Shown: positions 1-15,544 of the stretch, one piece after another | Layout: each line of letters starts with the position of its first letter | Numbering within the stretch: position 1 is the first letter of the stretch | NCBI GenBank assembly: GCA_964035545.1 | Contig: OZ037765.1 | Span: forward strand, 7,264,698-7,328,697 | DNA length: 64,000 bases | Direction: 5' to 3' | DNA from: Bugula neritina | Taxonomy: Eukaryota; Animalia; Bryozoa | The notes under the pieces: generated by a model | Told to the model about the DNA's origin: nothing | Databases searched by the model: none | The model's input: the letters and a program-made list of their open reading frames with translations, nothing else | Program-made: the position numbers and the translations under genes

Positions 1-162
1 AATTTAAACTTACTCAAATCTTTGCTGGATTTGACATTATTGTTTTGTCTAAACTGAATTGATTTGACTTGCTGCAATTTTTACTTACTTTAATTCTATA
101 CTAAAAGTAACACTTTAAGCTTATGGGTGGAAGTTATGACTATGAGTAATTTTAATACTAAC

Positions 163-475
163 CAGACACATCTGTAACAAGTTGTTTCAAATCAAACAAC
201 TCTTTTAAAGGCCCGCTTAAAATATTATTGATAACACCTTCTTCCATATCAACAAGTATAGATCGAGCCTTTAAACTGCTAATTTTTTCTCTTCCAGAGC
301 CAACACGAATTTCTCTTCCTGACTTGGCGTCCACATTTCGAAAAAATGAGTTGAATGATTCATCGAATAAACCTAATTTATTATTTGCTGCATATTCTCG
401 TAGAGCCAAATCCCAAAACCTACATCCTATTTGATTACCACACTGGCCAATTTGAAGAACAATAGACTGAGTCAT
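163..475 (-). CDS. TUBE1: Epsilon-tubulin, first coding exon (gene continues off the left edge)
   Basis: MTQSIVLQIGQCGNQIGCRFWDLALRE...ARSILVDMEEGVIN...QLVTDVSG matches the epsilon-tubulin N-terminus (MTQS start, DMEEGV). Donor GTTAGT at 162; the ORF-track stop is intronic. Confidence 0.93.
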
Positions 476-945
476 TGAATTTGATGAGCTTAACTTTAAA
501 TTTAATTTTCAACATGAAATTTAAATTAAAATAGCTTATGCGGATTTACTCATTTAGGTTAAAACGGCTAGTATTATTGAATATTGTTCAATTCAAGTAA
601 AATAATTAACTTAAACAATTATTATAAATAAATATCTACAATTATCAATTTAAAATTTAGTCGATACGGATAATTAGATTTAAATGGTCACAGCCATCAT
701 TATCATTTACATTATGATTATAACTTGAAGAAAAACTTCCATCATTGATTTGTTTTAATTTTAGCTGGTAACCAGGCATTTCTACCTTACATAGAAAAGA
801 GCACGCTATAAGGTCATTAAAATATCCTTGACCGAACCTTCATACGCCTTCCACTTCCGCTTATTATTTTAGTCTAAAAGTCAATGTTACAGTAAAACAT
901 GTTTAGTTTTGTACTTATAGTTAAACATCATCAAGGGCAAGTGAG
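476..945. promoter_or_regulatory. Putative bidirectional promoter for TUBE1 and RAB35
   Basis: Head-to-head genes; ETS-like CACTTCCG at 852-859, local CpG enrichment, candidate non-coding Rab35 exon-1 donor GTGAGA at 941. Confidence 0.5.
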
Positions 946-1109
946 AATTTTCGAACGTCGAAGTAAAAGCAAGAACACATAATTCATAAAAAATGATAAA
1001 TAATCATTTTGCTTACCTAGTCTTGTGATTAACTTAGAATTTTAGCTAAGCTTAAGTCAAAATCAAATTGACTGAACAATTTGAATTATAGTAATAATAT
1101 TTATAATAA

Positions 1110-2310
1110 AATTAAATTTATCATCATAGTCATAATCATAATGTTAATGATCATTTATAATTGTGCATAATCATGACGGAATAAAGTTAATTTTAATATT
1201 TTTATTTTAATTTAATTTTATCTTAATTTATCATATCAATAATTTATAAAAATAATCAGTATGATATTGATACTGATAGTCATAGTGAGTATGACTATGA
1301 GTATGAGTTTCAGTAATCTGTAATTCTGCTTACTTACCTTAGGCTTATCATTGTTATTATGGGCTATGCTTATGGTGATGCTGTTAGACTAAAATTTAGT
1401 GTTACTGTTAGTGTTGGCAATATGAATATATATTTATAACCTGTCCAAACAATCTACCTAAATACTAATAGATGCTTTTTATCATATTTGAACACAGATT
1501 GCAAGGAAGTTCTACCTTATCTGATCATTTGACATTTTTATTTAGTGACTTAGTATTACATTTACAGTGTATCATTTGGTCATAGTGTTAGTCACACTCG
1601 CAGTCAATGTTACACTTAGTCTTATTGACTAACACTTGCAGTTACATTTGCTCTTAGTTTTACTAACTAGCAATAACAGTGATTTATTACTAGACCTGGT
1701 GTTTAGACTTACAATTACTGATACTCATGAACTTATAGTTATAGTTAGTCAGTAATAGTAATACTAACTTGCTCTTAAAGTTACAGTGCAGCCTTAGTCA
1801 GATAGTCTTATGTCTCATCAATTACTATTACTATTAGTATCACTATCTGATTTAGCAGTAGGCCACTGTTAAAGTTAATCTTATCACTTATGATAGTCAT
1901 AGTCATATGTTTATCACTATGAGTATGAGTTATGTTTTAGTATTAGCATTATGATTATCAAATTCAATAGGAATGTAAAATTCAATGTCTTTACTCCTTA
2001 TTAATGTTATTGAAAAGTCAAACGGAACTATTGGGACTATTGGTGTGAGCAAGTACTACTAACAGCTATAGTACTTCTAACATTAATTTAAAGTAATAGT
2101 AGGTGGAACTGCAATAGTCATTATGATTATGACCATCACTAGTCTAAATCTAATTCTTAAGTGATAGTCTATTACTTTGAGCTAAAGCTTGACTTTATTC
2201 TCACTATTACTTTAGTCCCCATTCTATGATTTGTACTACAATACTGACTATGTTCCTTGATATATGTACTGTGTTTTAACTAAATGATAATAAAAATGAT
2301 TAACTATGAA
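1110..2310. repeat. Degenerate period-6 low-complexity tract (ATAGTN/ATACTN/ATGAST) in the putative Rab35 5' intron
   Basis: e.g. ATGACTATGAGTATGAGT near 1291, TTATAGTTATAGTT near 1733, ATAGTCATAGTCAT near 1893. Confidence 0.65.
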
Positions 2311-2879
2311 CATTATATATTTTGACTCGACAAATCAGATGTGGCTTGGTGGTTAGATACCTTATTTCATATGATAATGAGCTCAAGTTCTAACAGACTA
2401 ATTGATGGTGTCATAATTGTATTTGTGGCATAATATAACTCTCAATGCTACTGAACCTAATCTTCTTACTGGGTTTCTTACAAATATTGTGGTGTTAAAC
2501 AAAAAAAAGTTCTATAATATATATATATATATATTGACTTGATCAAAAACTTACCATTTAAACTAATTTTATACATTCACTAGATTTAGGCTTGCCTTGA
2601 ATTTTTTTCTAAATTGACTTGATTAACCATTGACTTGCATGACTTTCACTCACTGTAACTCCACATTTATGTTTAATTTTAAAAAAGTGTTGATGATCTT
2701 ACACTGCATGCTTGAGTTACTCGTTGCATCATTTTGCTCTATATTTAAATTGTATTATTTTTAGCTCAAGCTTTAACTAAGCTTCAAGTAAAGCTGCAAG
2801 AAAACCTGATTACCTTTGCTGTAAAGTTGTGTAATTGCAAGTGAGTGCAAGTGACATTTTTATTATTTAACAAAAAGTG

Positions 2880-6123
<3,244 letters not shown>

Positions 6124-6687
6124 TGAGCTGTTTATCAAAGGGTTTAGCTTTAGTGTCTTCACACTAAATACTGTTTGTATGAGAGCTGAACAATAAATAG
6201 TCTCTAGGAGCAAACAGTCCTATTCGAACCTCTGTTTTTATTTTAAAAATAGAAGTTCTAGGAGTTATGCTACCAATAATATGCAACTTTTTCACTACCC
6301 ACTTTTCTGAACTTTCTTCTCACAATGTTAGTGTTTTACTTAATGTAATATCTCGAGTATATTTGACTAACTACTTGTATTTTGATGACAATTTTTGGCA
6401 TACTTTTGCAAGCATCATTGATTTGTCCTCAAAACATTTTTATCTTGACTGGCGATATTATTTTACCTGTATTTAAATAGCATAAAAATGTAAAATATTT
6501 ATATTTTTATTATAAGGTTTGTACTAATTATAACAACTTAATAAACTATTAATTATGTTCAATTTATGTTTGATGTCAGTGATTCAATGTTTATATTTTA
6601 CATCATTGATCTGTCATATAAGATGATGTTGATACATTAGCTTTGCCTAAGAAATGTTGAAAGAAATTGAACTGGAAACAACTAAAA

Positions 6688-9600
6688 TCAGCATACTTTA
6701 AGTAAACCACATATCAAATCAGAATCCAAAAGCTTCTCTACTATATCAGGGAAATCTTCCTTTATTGCAGATTCACACTAAAATAAAAAGCAACTGCTAC
6801 ATTATACATGTATAGATAAGTGCTATTTGTACACATTAGATGATGTGCTTGAAAAATTGCTAGAAAGGTATATAGCTTATTAAAAAATTTTTGGCCAAAG
6901 TTATATACACAAAGATTAAAAGCACTTCTATAACGAAATTATTGAAATATTCTGAACTTCTGACTCGACAATTCAAAGAGCCATCGAGTTGGAATATTTT
7001 AATAAATTCTTAGTTTACAAAAATCCTTCTATCCTTGAATTTTTGTTTTCTTTGAACTACGTGCCAGTACCATTACATGGCTCATTAAATAATGAGTGCT
7101 AAGCATATCAATCAAAATACAAAAGAGCAGAAGATATCATTACAAATAAACATAATAGAGAGCACAAAAATGTTATAATACACAACACTAGTTTAACCCA
7201 ACAAATGCTGAAAGTCTTGCAAGATGAAATTTTTGACTAAGTATATGTGCTTGCATATAGTTTAACTTGTTGCAGGGAAAAGTGCTGAAAAATGTAGCTT
7301 ACAATAATATTTTATAGCACATTGGTTCTAATATGTCTGGACAGCAGTGTAGAGTGAACCAGAACTACTCTAGAAGAAAGTGCACAATGATCTCTTATAA
7401 TAAGCTAAACTACTTAGTCTACATAGTTATACAACTTATGTAACGGATACAATCATTACATATATTTTATACATAATTACTATAAACGATTCAACAACCA
7501 ATGATTGATAAATAAATTTATCAATCACTGGAGCTGGAGCTTTGCAAATGTGTGAGAGTATTAAACTTTTCACCTAATGTATGTTACATCAGCAATAATT
7601 TTTTACACCCAATAGCCTATTATGTTCTTGGAAAATGAAGAGTTTATGCTGGTGGAAATTGGCCAATTTCTACAAAGCTTCATTTAGTTTTTATAATATA
7701 TGCTGGCTATATGCTGCACTGGTAGGATACATAATATATATGATGTGTAAGAGTTAACCTACCGCTTTAGCAGGGTCTGATGGCAGATGGTCACAGAAAA
7801 CAGTGACAATTTCTTTCTCAATATTTCCCTATAAGATAAGGTACACAATTTTAAGTGATGGCAAGTTGTCAACAAAATCTATATAATTGTAATTAGTGAA
7901 GTAACAGGCATATCATACAAAAAATCATATACAAGTCATTTTTGAATTTCTGAAATTAGAATAGAAAGATTTTCAAGAATTTTTATGTGTATTTCTTAAA
8001 GGCAAGAGGTTAATATTGATTACAACATATTTGAAATACCTGTTCCGCTATTACTAGTAACTTTAGCGCTGAAACAGCATCTTTGCACACAGAACAGGTA
8101 AAGCTGTTATTTCCAGCTTTACTACCTCCGACCACACCTTAGGGAAGAGGAAGAATTTTTTACATCATAAGACTATTCAAGTGCTTGATTTGTAAAAATA
8201 AAATACATTTCAAAATTATTACAATGGTTACTCCTATGCAAGCATTTTTACTTTTTAAAGATTGAGCAATTTGAGGAAAAAATTCCCATCAGTTTATTCC
8301 GATAAAAGTTCAGTATAAAATTTATAATTATAGCAGTTTCACAATAAACTGGTGAGTTTTTTTTCCTTTTGCTATATTATAACATGGTGTATGCAATTGA
8401 AGTTAATGCAAACAAAACATAAAATAATAAATTCAGCTGTTGGCTCTAAGACAATCATTTAACAAGAGGAACAATTTCTCTGGAAAGCATCTGTATGGGA
8501 GTCTTGTAGACAATGCTCTGGGAAGATAATAACCAACTTTAAAATTAATAATCTTGTTGTTGCCATTGCACAAAACGGCCAATTCTTAGCTTTATAGACT
8601 TGCATGCCATTTTAAAATCAAAGCAGTTGCGTTACATTAAAATTTCTAACAATTTAACTTTTATTTTTTTTTTATTTCCAAATAACCAGGTTTTTTCTAT
8701 ATTCTATAGCCACTGCTAAGTTATAATTTGTGTACAAAACTATAAGTTTTAACACAATTATTAGACTGCCTTATCTGAATAAATAAATTAAGTTTTTTCT
8801 TGAATCTTCAAGTCAAAGTATACCATTTATTCATAAAACTAAATATTTTCTACAGTCTTAAAGCTGGCCAGTTTATTCTATTTTACGTGAATAATTCATA
8901 ATATTATTTTAATAAAACTGTATGGTTATTGTGCTTGAATTCAAATGCAACAGATTTTATATGATACCTAAATCTCAAATAGCTTGATGCACTACCAGTT
9001 TTGTAGACTATGCAGGTTCAATGTGCACTTTCAGGCGTATACACAATCAACTTTCTTATACATATAGGCTACTATATAAGCTAAAAACTAGTATTAGAAG
9101 ACAAAGTTGTAATAGTGCTTATACTAACAATCAACCATAGGATATTCACTACTAACCTTTGAGAGTTGTATTTGGGCATAAATTGAACCTTTGACAAGCT
9201 TTTTCAGGGGGAAAGTTTTTATATTTCCACAATTGCTGAGCTATGCCTATGGCAACTCCTACACACACCTATAATAATTAGTATAGTGGAAGGTTATACT
9301 TCAGTATCTAAAAAAGTATAACAACTCCAGATAACAATTCTAAGAAAAGTAAGTCAGCCCTTACATGGATGAGCCATATTTTGGCTTTATAGACATTGGC
9401 CCATAGCGCAAAGAAGAGATTCAATACTAGAACTGCAATTACCCAAATACAGAAAGTTCAGGCTCTATCTTTTACTAAGAATATTTCCAGCTGAGAATCT
9501 CTACTACTCCTATATATACTTAGTAGAAGCAACATATCTATTCTAGGGAATCTGAAAGCGCCCTAAATTGACCTACACTCTAAATTTTAAAAATCATTAT

Positions 9601-12600
9601 GCAGTAATAAGTAATGGTATATCTTGTTACAATTTAACAGCAAAACTTATAAATTGATGCTTTTGAAAAAAATCTCAATTTCTGATACTAAGCTGTGTTT
9701 ATTGTATGTCTTGAGTTAGTTTATAGTTTATCTGACCGTTATAATCAACAAATTTAGAATTCCTAGCATCTGTGTGGCTGACAATTTCACAGAATATTGG
9801 CATCAAAAATGTCAACAGAAATTAAATACATTTTTTTCCCTTTTACTTGCTTTAGTTGCTTTGTCTTTCAATCCTGGTGCATGCTGTCAAAATGGTTTAG
9901 CTATGACTAAACCACAGCCATCTCTCTTACTGAACAGTTTTATCTTGTACAACTCTATCTCTTCTGGCTAGCTACTATCAGACTACGGCTCTGGTCTGCT
10001 GAGCTTGCCATAAACTAGAAGTACTAGTGAGTACAATTCAACCTATGCTTAAGCGGCTGCAGGCTATACCAAAGTTTTGTTATTGCTGTCAGTATATGGT
10101 AAGCGTACATGACAATATTTACCTCTTTTTAAGTTGTTATACTTGTTGGTCTTGCAAAATTATAGTTTTTATATTTATACAAAATTCTTAAACCCAATTG
10201 CTTGGCACGCACAGTTCTTATTTCATCACAATTGTTTCTTGATCATTATTTTTTAAAACATTTATACGGTATTAACAAAACATGCTTAGCTTAACATTCA
10301 GTCCATTATACCCATGCACTTTATAGAAATATATTTCTTTAATAGTGATGAATACATGTTGAATAGCTTGACTGAGGAAATATTGATTTGAATCTAAACT
10401 TCGGATCATGAGGGCTTTTTACTTCCTCCTACAACGAGTTGAACTTTTGACCTCCTAAGTTTCAGAAACTTATGACTATATTGGTATGAAATAAGCCCTT
10501 ATAGTCAATTCAGTTCTTGCTCACTATACTACCAGTTGTACACCCAAAAGGTGAGACTCAGCAGTGACATAGCTCCATGATCTCCAGACCGCCTCTTAAA
10601 CCTTTCACCCGAAATTCTATATTTATACTTTTACTAAGAGTGTATGACAACATGCTACAGCTTCCTCCCCCCCCCCACCATAACATTGTCACTGACTAAT
10701 CAGACACTTACGGAGCTGCCATTTGTCAGAATTTCACACAATCCGGCTATTTCCTTGACTAGCTGCTGCTCACTAGTTGTGTTTGCCAAGAAGAACTTCT
10801 CGGCAGCCAACATCGCTGACTCACAAAACAGACAGTTCACTGGTTTGCCTCTCAGAGTTGGTTCACTATGCTGTTTACAAAAATATAATATATTATAAAG
10901 CAGTGTACTATACAATAAAGCACGATAAAGAATAAAGTAGTGGTCACTGAAATGAAATATAAGGGATAAAATAATGAATGTATTCCAATTCAACTGTAAT
11001 AATAGGTTTAGGTGGCAGTTATGAGAAGTAATGACAACTCCTAATTTTCAAGCATTTTGATCCTCAGAAAAGTAAAAGTTCACTGGTGCATTGCTCCGAA
11101 GGTGCATTGTTCCGGAGGTGCATTAGTCCGAAGGTGCATTGGTCCGACAGTTAGTAGAAACAGGATTATATCACTGAGAATATTGTAAATTTCACTCACA
11201 ATCTTGCTATATTATTGCTAGTTGTGGGTGGCATGCGTGTTGCCTACTTGTGATTGTTTAGCCTCAGATTGCTCTATGAGGCTGCCTCAATGAGGGCTGC
11301 ATCATCTATCTACATTCTGTTGTGGCTGCTCCATAAACAAAGTGCACAGTAAGCTATTCGCTAGCCTGTCAGCTAGCAAGCCTGTAATCACCATTGCGCA
11401 GCACTTCATGCAGCAGTGAACACTTAGAGATGAGAAGATACTGATGCATACAGACTACTAATTACAGGCTTGCTAGCTGACAGGCTAGTGAATAGCTTAC
11501 TGTGCACTTTGTTTATGGAGCAGCCACAACAGAATGTAGATAGATGATGCAGCCCTCATTGAGGCAGCCTCATAGAGCAATTTGAGGCTAAACAATCACA
11601 AGTAGGCAACACGCATGCCACCCACAACTAGCAATAATATAGCAAGATTGTGAGTGAAATTTATGATATTCTCAATGATATAATCCTGTTTCTACTAACT
11701 GTCGGACTAATGCACCTTCGGAACAATGGGCCTTCAGAGCAATGCACCTTCAGAATATTGCTCAGTCCCCATAGTATCTAGCTATTTCATGTGTAGAAAC
11801 TGCGATCTTGCTACTTACCAGCTTAGCTGCAGTCCTATCTTTGCCATGATTAGTTCCTACAGAATATTAGCACAATATAACTACACACTGTATGGTATGA
11901 CATTACAAGGGTTTTTTAAACTTATGTTCTTTCATGGAACGCAATTCATATTATATACGATAAACTAAAATTGTTTATTTTACTTAATATCTTACAAATA
12001 TTCCCTAAAAAAACAGTTTGCTTAGAGTCTCCATTTCTGTGAGGACCGACGGAAGATGGGTTTTTGGGCTGCCATGGACTGTGCACCTCATCCTGTTACC
12101 AGCATGATTAAAGGCCCTTCTATTTGTAAGACAGGAGTAAGTATGACTAGATGCCATCTATGGTATCTCCAATGGCTCTGCTGAGATTTGACCTTGACCT
12201 AGCACTTACTACGCCACTCCTCTAACCACTGGACAGTGGTGGCTCCCTCACATGTTCTCTAAGTTTTTTAAGATAAAAATAAGTCTAGTCCAAATGTGCT
12301 TGATACACACGCAGAGGCAAATACAAGAAGTATTTCTGATATTGCTGACATGATTGGCTGGATATGTACAAAATGTTTACTAAAATTTGGTACCTGTATA
12401 ATTATGTGTTTTACAAAGCAACTTGGACATTTAGGTATAGAGTACAATTCAAGTGCAAGTTTGAGAGTACAAGATACTAGTTACAGACCATTTATAGCAT
12501 GAAATCACACTATTGTTAGGAATCTCGCAGTCTCCATGGTGCAATGACTAGCGAGCTTGCTTGCAAGTTGCATGTCTCGGGTTCGAATCCCAGTGGGGGC

Positions 12601-12802
12601 AAAAGTTTTACACAAACCATTTTAATTTCATTTACATATTAGTACTACGGTGTCATTTCGTCTATGCCTATAGGAAAACGGTTAGATTAGGCAGTTTGAA
12701 AACTTTCACAGTGGTTCAACTAGTTCTCTTACCATGATGTACAGTATATCCAGATGACTGACTGAGACACAGCGTTGCTATTACGACTATTATCAGCTTC
12801 AT
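6688..12802 (-). CDS. Secreted saposin-like protein with two SapB domains, 210 aa, 7 coding exons
   Basis: Exons 12733-12802, 11819-11856, 10712-10870, 9157-9268, 8040-8137, 7763-7828, 6688-6777 (633 nt, GT-AG, phases match). Signal peptide MKLIIVVIATLCLSQSSG. Domain 1: CLFC...GLC...VC...PEKACQRFNLC. Domain 2: CSVC...FCDHLP...AC...LICGLLKVC-stop. Both show the six-Cys C-x2-C...C...C...C-x5-C saposin pattern. Confidence 0.9.
11085..11770. mobile_element. Foldback/MITE-like element: about 300-bp inverted arms, 72-bp spacer, 16-bp subterminal tandem repeats
   Basis: 11085-11388 is the reverse complement of 11461-11748 with few substitutions; (GGTGCATTNNTCCGAA)n repeats at both ends; the right end CTCAGTCCCC has no left counterpart. 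Confidence 0.88.
12040..12249 (-). mobile_element. Diverged SINE family A copy in saposin intron 1
   Basis: Minus strand GGAGCCACCACTGTCCAGTGGTTAGAGG...GCCATTGGAGATACCATAGATGGCATCTAG aligns with the 5221-5403 copy. Confidence 0.55.
12530..12600 (+). mobile_element. tRNA-like SINE head or tRNA pseudogene
   Basis: 7-bp acceptor stem GTCTCCA/TGGGGGC, A-box TGGTGCAATG, perfect B-box GGTTCGAATCC; D and anticodon stems do not pair properly. Confidence 0.6.
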
Positions 12803-12890
12803 GATCGTCTGCTTGCCGGCTGTGCGTGCTGTACAAATTCTGCCACAAGTAATGATAATTCTTACTAACGCGTTGGCTTTTACACTCGGC

Positions 12891-12912
12891 CCTTATCAAT
12901 CTGATCACGTGA
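12891..12912 (-). promoter_or_regulatory. CLEAR-like E-box (TCACGTGA) plus GATA site upstream of the saposin gene
   Basis: TCACGTGA at 12905-12912 and TGATAAGG (minus strand) at 12891-12898, about 100 bp upstream of the ATG. Confidence 0.4.
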
Positions 12913-14829
12913 AAGACTGTCATGCAAGTGTTATCATCAAATTCAATGCCAATAATAACAGTTGTTCAGTCACAACTCAATTATATAATACTATGCATAT
13001 TGATATTGAATTTGATAGAACTTTTAAACAGCTAGAGCACCAGACCATACGATTAGATGTTTACAAAACAATCTAACAATTGTAGTACAGTAGAAGTTGA
13101 GCCCCTTCAGAAGCTGATGAATCATTCAGCCAACTTTCTGTCATATTCATAATGATATTTACAGTACAACTTGCGGTTAGAAAAGTTTTGGGATTTATGC
13201 CATTAGCTAGTTTACTGACAAGTGATATTGTAAATGTCCTAGGACCTAGGCAATATATGTGAATTAAGTACAAATTTACTATGCCTCAGCAGAAAACAGC
13301 CCATGTGCATGGTGGTTTGGCCAAAAGTTTTTAGGCATAAACCTAAAAATTATGTTAATAAATTTAATGCCAGTGCCCAAGGCTAAGCTCAATAATTTTT
13401 AAAAGTTATTACACATTAGATTTACAGTGGCTAATGTTATATTATTATATTATATTATTATATAATTATATTATCAATTATAATGTATTCATAATTTTAG
13501 GGAGCTGTACTGAATGTTTTATCTCTATAATTTAAGCTGATGTTATTAGATGATAATAATTATCCACATTAAGCCACATTAAAATGGATGTGAGAGGAAG
13601 TTAGCATAGTTATACCTCGGGGGTTTGCAAATTTAATCTATTATCCAATCAACAATTGAAGACAGTAAAAAGAACCAATAGCATATAAGTATGAGTTGCT
13701 CACACACGTATGCAGTATGTATAAACAAATAAGGGAATATAATTCCAATACTAAGGCAATCTACCATTAATATTTGCAAGAGCTTTTTTTCAAAACCGAT
13801 ATCTTTTAGAATTCAAATAAAGGTAATCTGTTTGATAGTATTACTCACAGTGGACTTTTTTATTTAACTTGTGAATTTAATCACTGCAACAATGAAAGGT
13901 CACAAAAAAGTAGTGTGGGCAAATTTGTCCGAGTTTGTAATACTGTTGTAATACTGTGAGTTTGTAATACTGTTAAATAAAGTAAAATAAAATAAATTTA
14001 ATAATGAAATTCCAAGCTACAGCAGTAGTATGCATATGACCATGTTTATAATGTAAGTTATAAATATTGATGTTATTCATTGAATCTGAATGTTATCATA
14101 ACAGTATATATTTATAATATTGTTTGGCACCATGCAAATACATTTTAAAGCAGGCAGGTTGCAAGTCACAAGACTAGCTGTATAATATGCTGCATGAAGC
14201 ATATAATTTATATAATATTATCTGTTTTGTGGAATATCCAATCAGTAATGGTTTTAATAACTACATGCACAAATCTTGTACTTGCTCTTTAGCCTCCCAA
14301 CAAGCTGATAAAACTACAAGAAGCCTAAAATTAGCATGCACAGAAACAACTGCATACAAGTTTATCCAATAGTCTATAATCTATATCAAGTGGTGTGCTA
14401 TAGAAATTTAACTAGGCTGTTATTGTTTCAACATTACCTTCTATTATTATAACGAGGCAAGTTTAAAATCAAGATATCAACATAAGCAATTTTCTAATAT
14501 AATATTTCATACATATGATCAAGTCAACACAAATAATTCAAGTAATATTAAATATTTTTGTGGATTGTAAAATTATATTATGTATAGTCACTCCGTGCCT
14601 CATTTTATTTTATTATGGAGTTGTCATCTAAACCAAATTGTATCAATTATAGTCACGTGTCATATTATGATGACGGGTTGGTGTAGCAGACCATTTCCGG
14701 AGCTCTGACTTTTAGTCTAAACTCTAAAACTGAAAGTAATAGAAATAGTTTATATTATTGTTATCATCATTCAACATTCTGCCATAATGGTAAAGTAATA
14801 TGCCAAACTGTAACTAGTTTTAAAATATT

Positions 14830-15480
14830 ATTTATGGTCTTCAAAGTTCATCCTCATTCTGAATTGAAAATATCAATACTTATACTTGTAGTTATACTTA
14901 ATCTAAATCTTAGACTTAGAGTTGTACTAATACTAATAGTAATACTAATAGTAATAGTAACACTAATAGTAGTAGTAATACTGATACTAATACTTAACCT
15001 TATAGTTATACTTATAGTTATACTAATAGTAATACTTATACTTATAGTTATACTTAATCTTGCAGTTTTAGTTTCATACTAATGGTAATACTAAGTCCAA
15101 TCATAATCATAATGATAATACTAATACTAATAGTTATACTTATACTTATAGTTATCGTAAATCAAAATGTAATACTAATAGTTATACTTATTTACTATGA
15201 GTATGATACTTATAATAGTTATAGTAATGCTAATACTAATAATAATAGTATAACATTAACTAACACTTTTAGTAATAGTAAAACTAATAGCAATAGTAAT
15301 CGAATAATCCTAATAATTATTTACTTTTAGTACATAATTGTAATACTAATACTAATAGTAATAGTAATACTGTAATAGTAATATAAGTAAGTGTAAGAAT
15401 AATACATATAATTTACTAACTAATAATAGTACTAATAGTAATGTCTATGGTAATAGTAAAACTAATTATAATATACAAAG
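14830..15480. repeat. Degenerate hexamer tract (ATACTT/ATAGTT/ATACTA/ATAGTA)n
   Basis: Clear period-6 repeat; it generates the spurious I/L/V-rich ORFs 14834-15330. Confidence 0.85.
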
Positions 15481-15501
15481 ATATAGTAGTGCTTGTGTAG
15501 T

Positions 15502-15544
15502 CAATATGAATATTAATATCAATTTGATATTAATATTCATATTG
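15502..15544. repeat. 43-bp perfect palindrome (21-bp arms, 1-nt centre)
   Basis: CAATATGAATATTAATATCAA-T-TTGATATTAATATTCATATTG. Confidence 0.9.

Noticed and set aside
158-475. 105-aa ORF as a truncated tubulin or pseudogene
   Set aside because: The TAG lies inside the GTTAGT splice donor at 162; this is a normal first exon.
11085-11147. 16-bp repeats as a CRISPR-like array
   Set aside because: Directly tandem with no unique spacers, eukaryotic context; they are subterminal repeats of the hairpin element.
12530-12600. Functional tRNA gene
   Set aside because: D and anticodon stems do not pair and the T stem has a mismatch; kept only as SINE head or pseudogene.
12729-12923. 64-aa minus-strand ORF as the saposin first exon
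   Set aside because: Wrong frame; the signal-peptide frame from ATG 12802 is the one that splices in phase.
14834-15330. Two hydrophobic Ile/Leu/Val-rich ORFs as membrane proteins
   Set aside because: Translation artefacts of the ATA(C/G)TN hexamer tract; no splice structure or domain.
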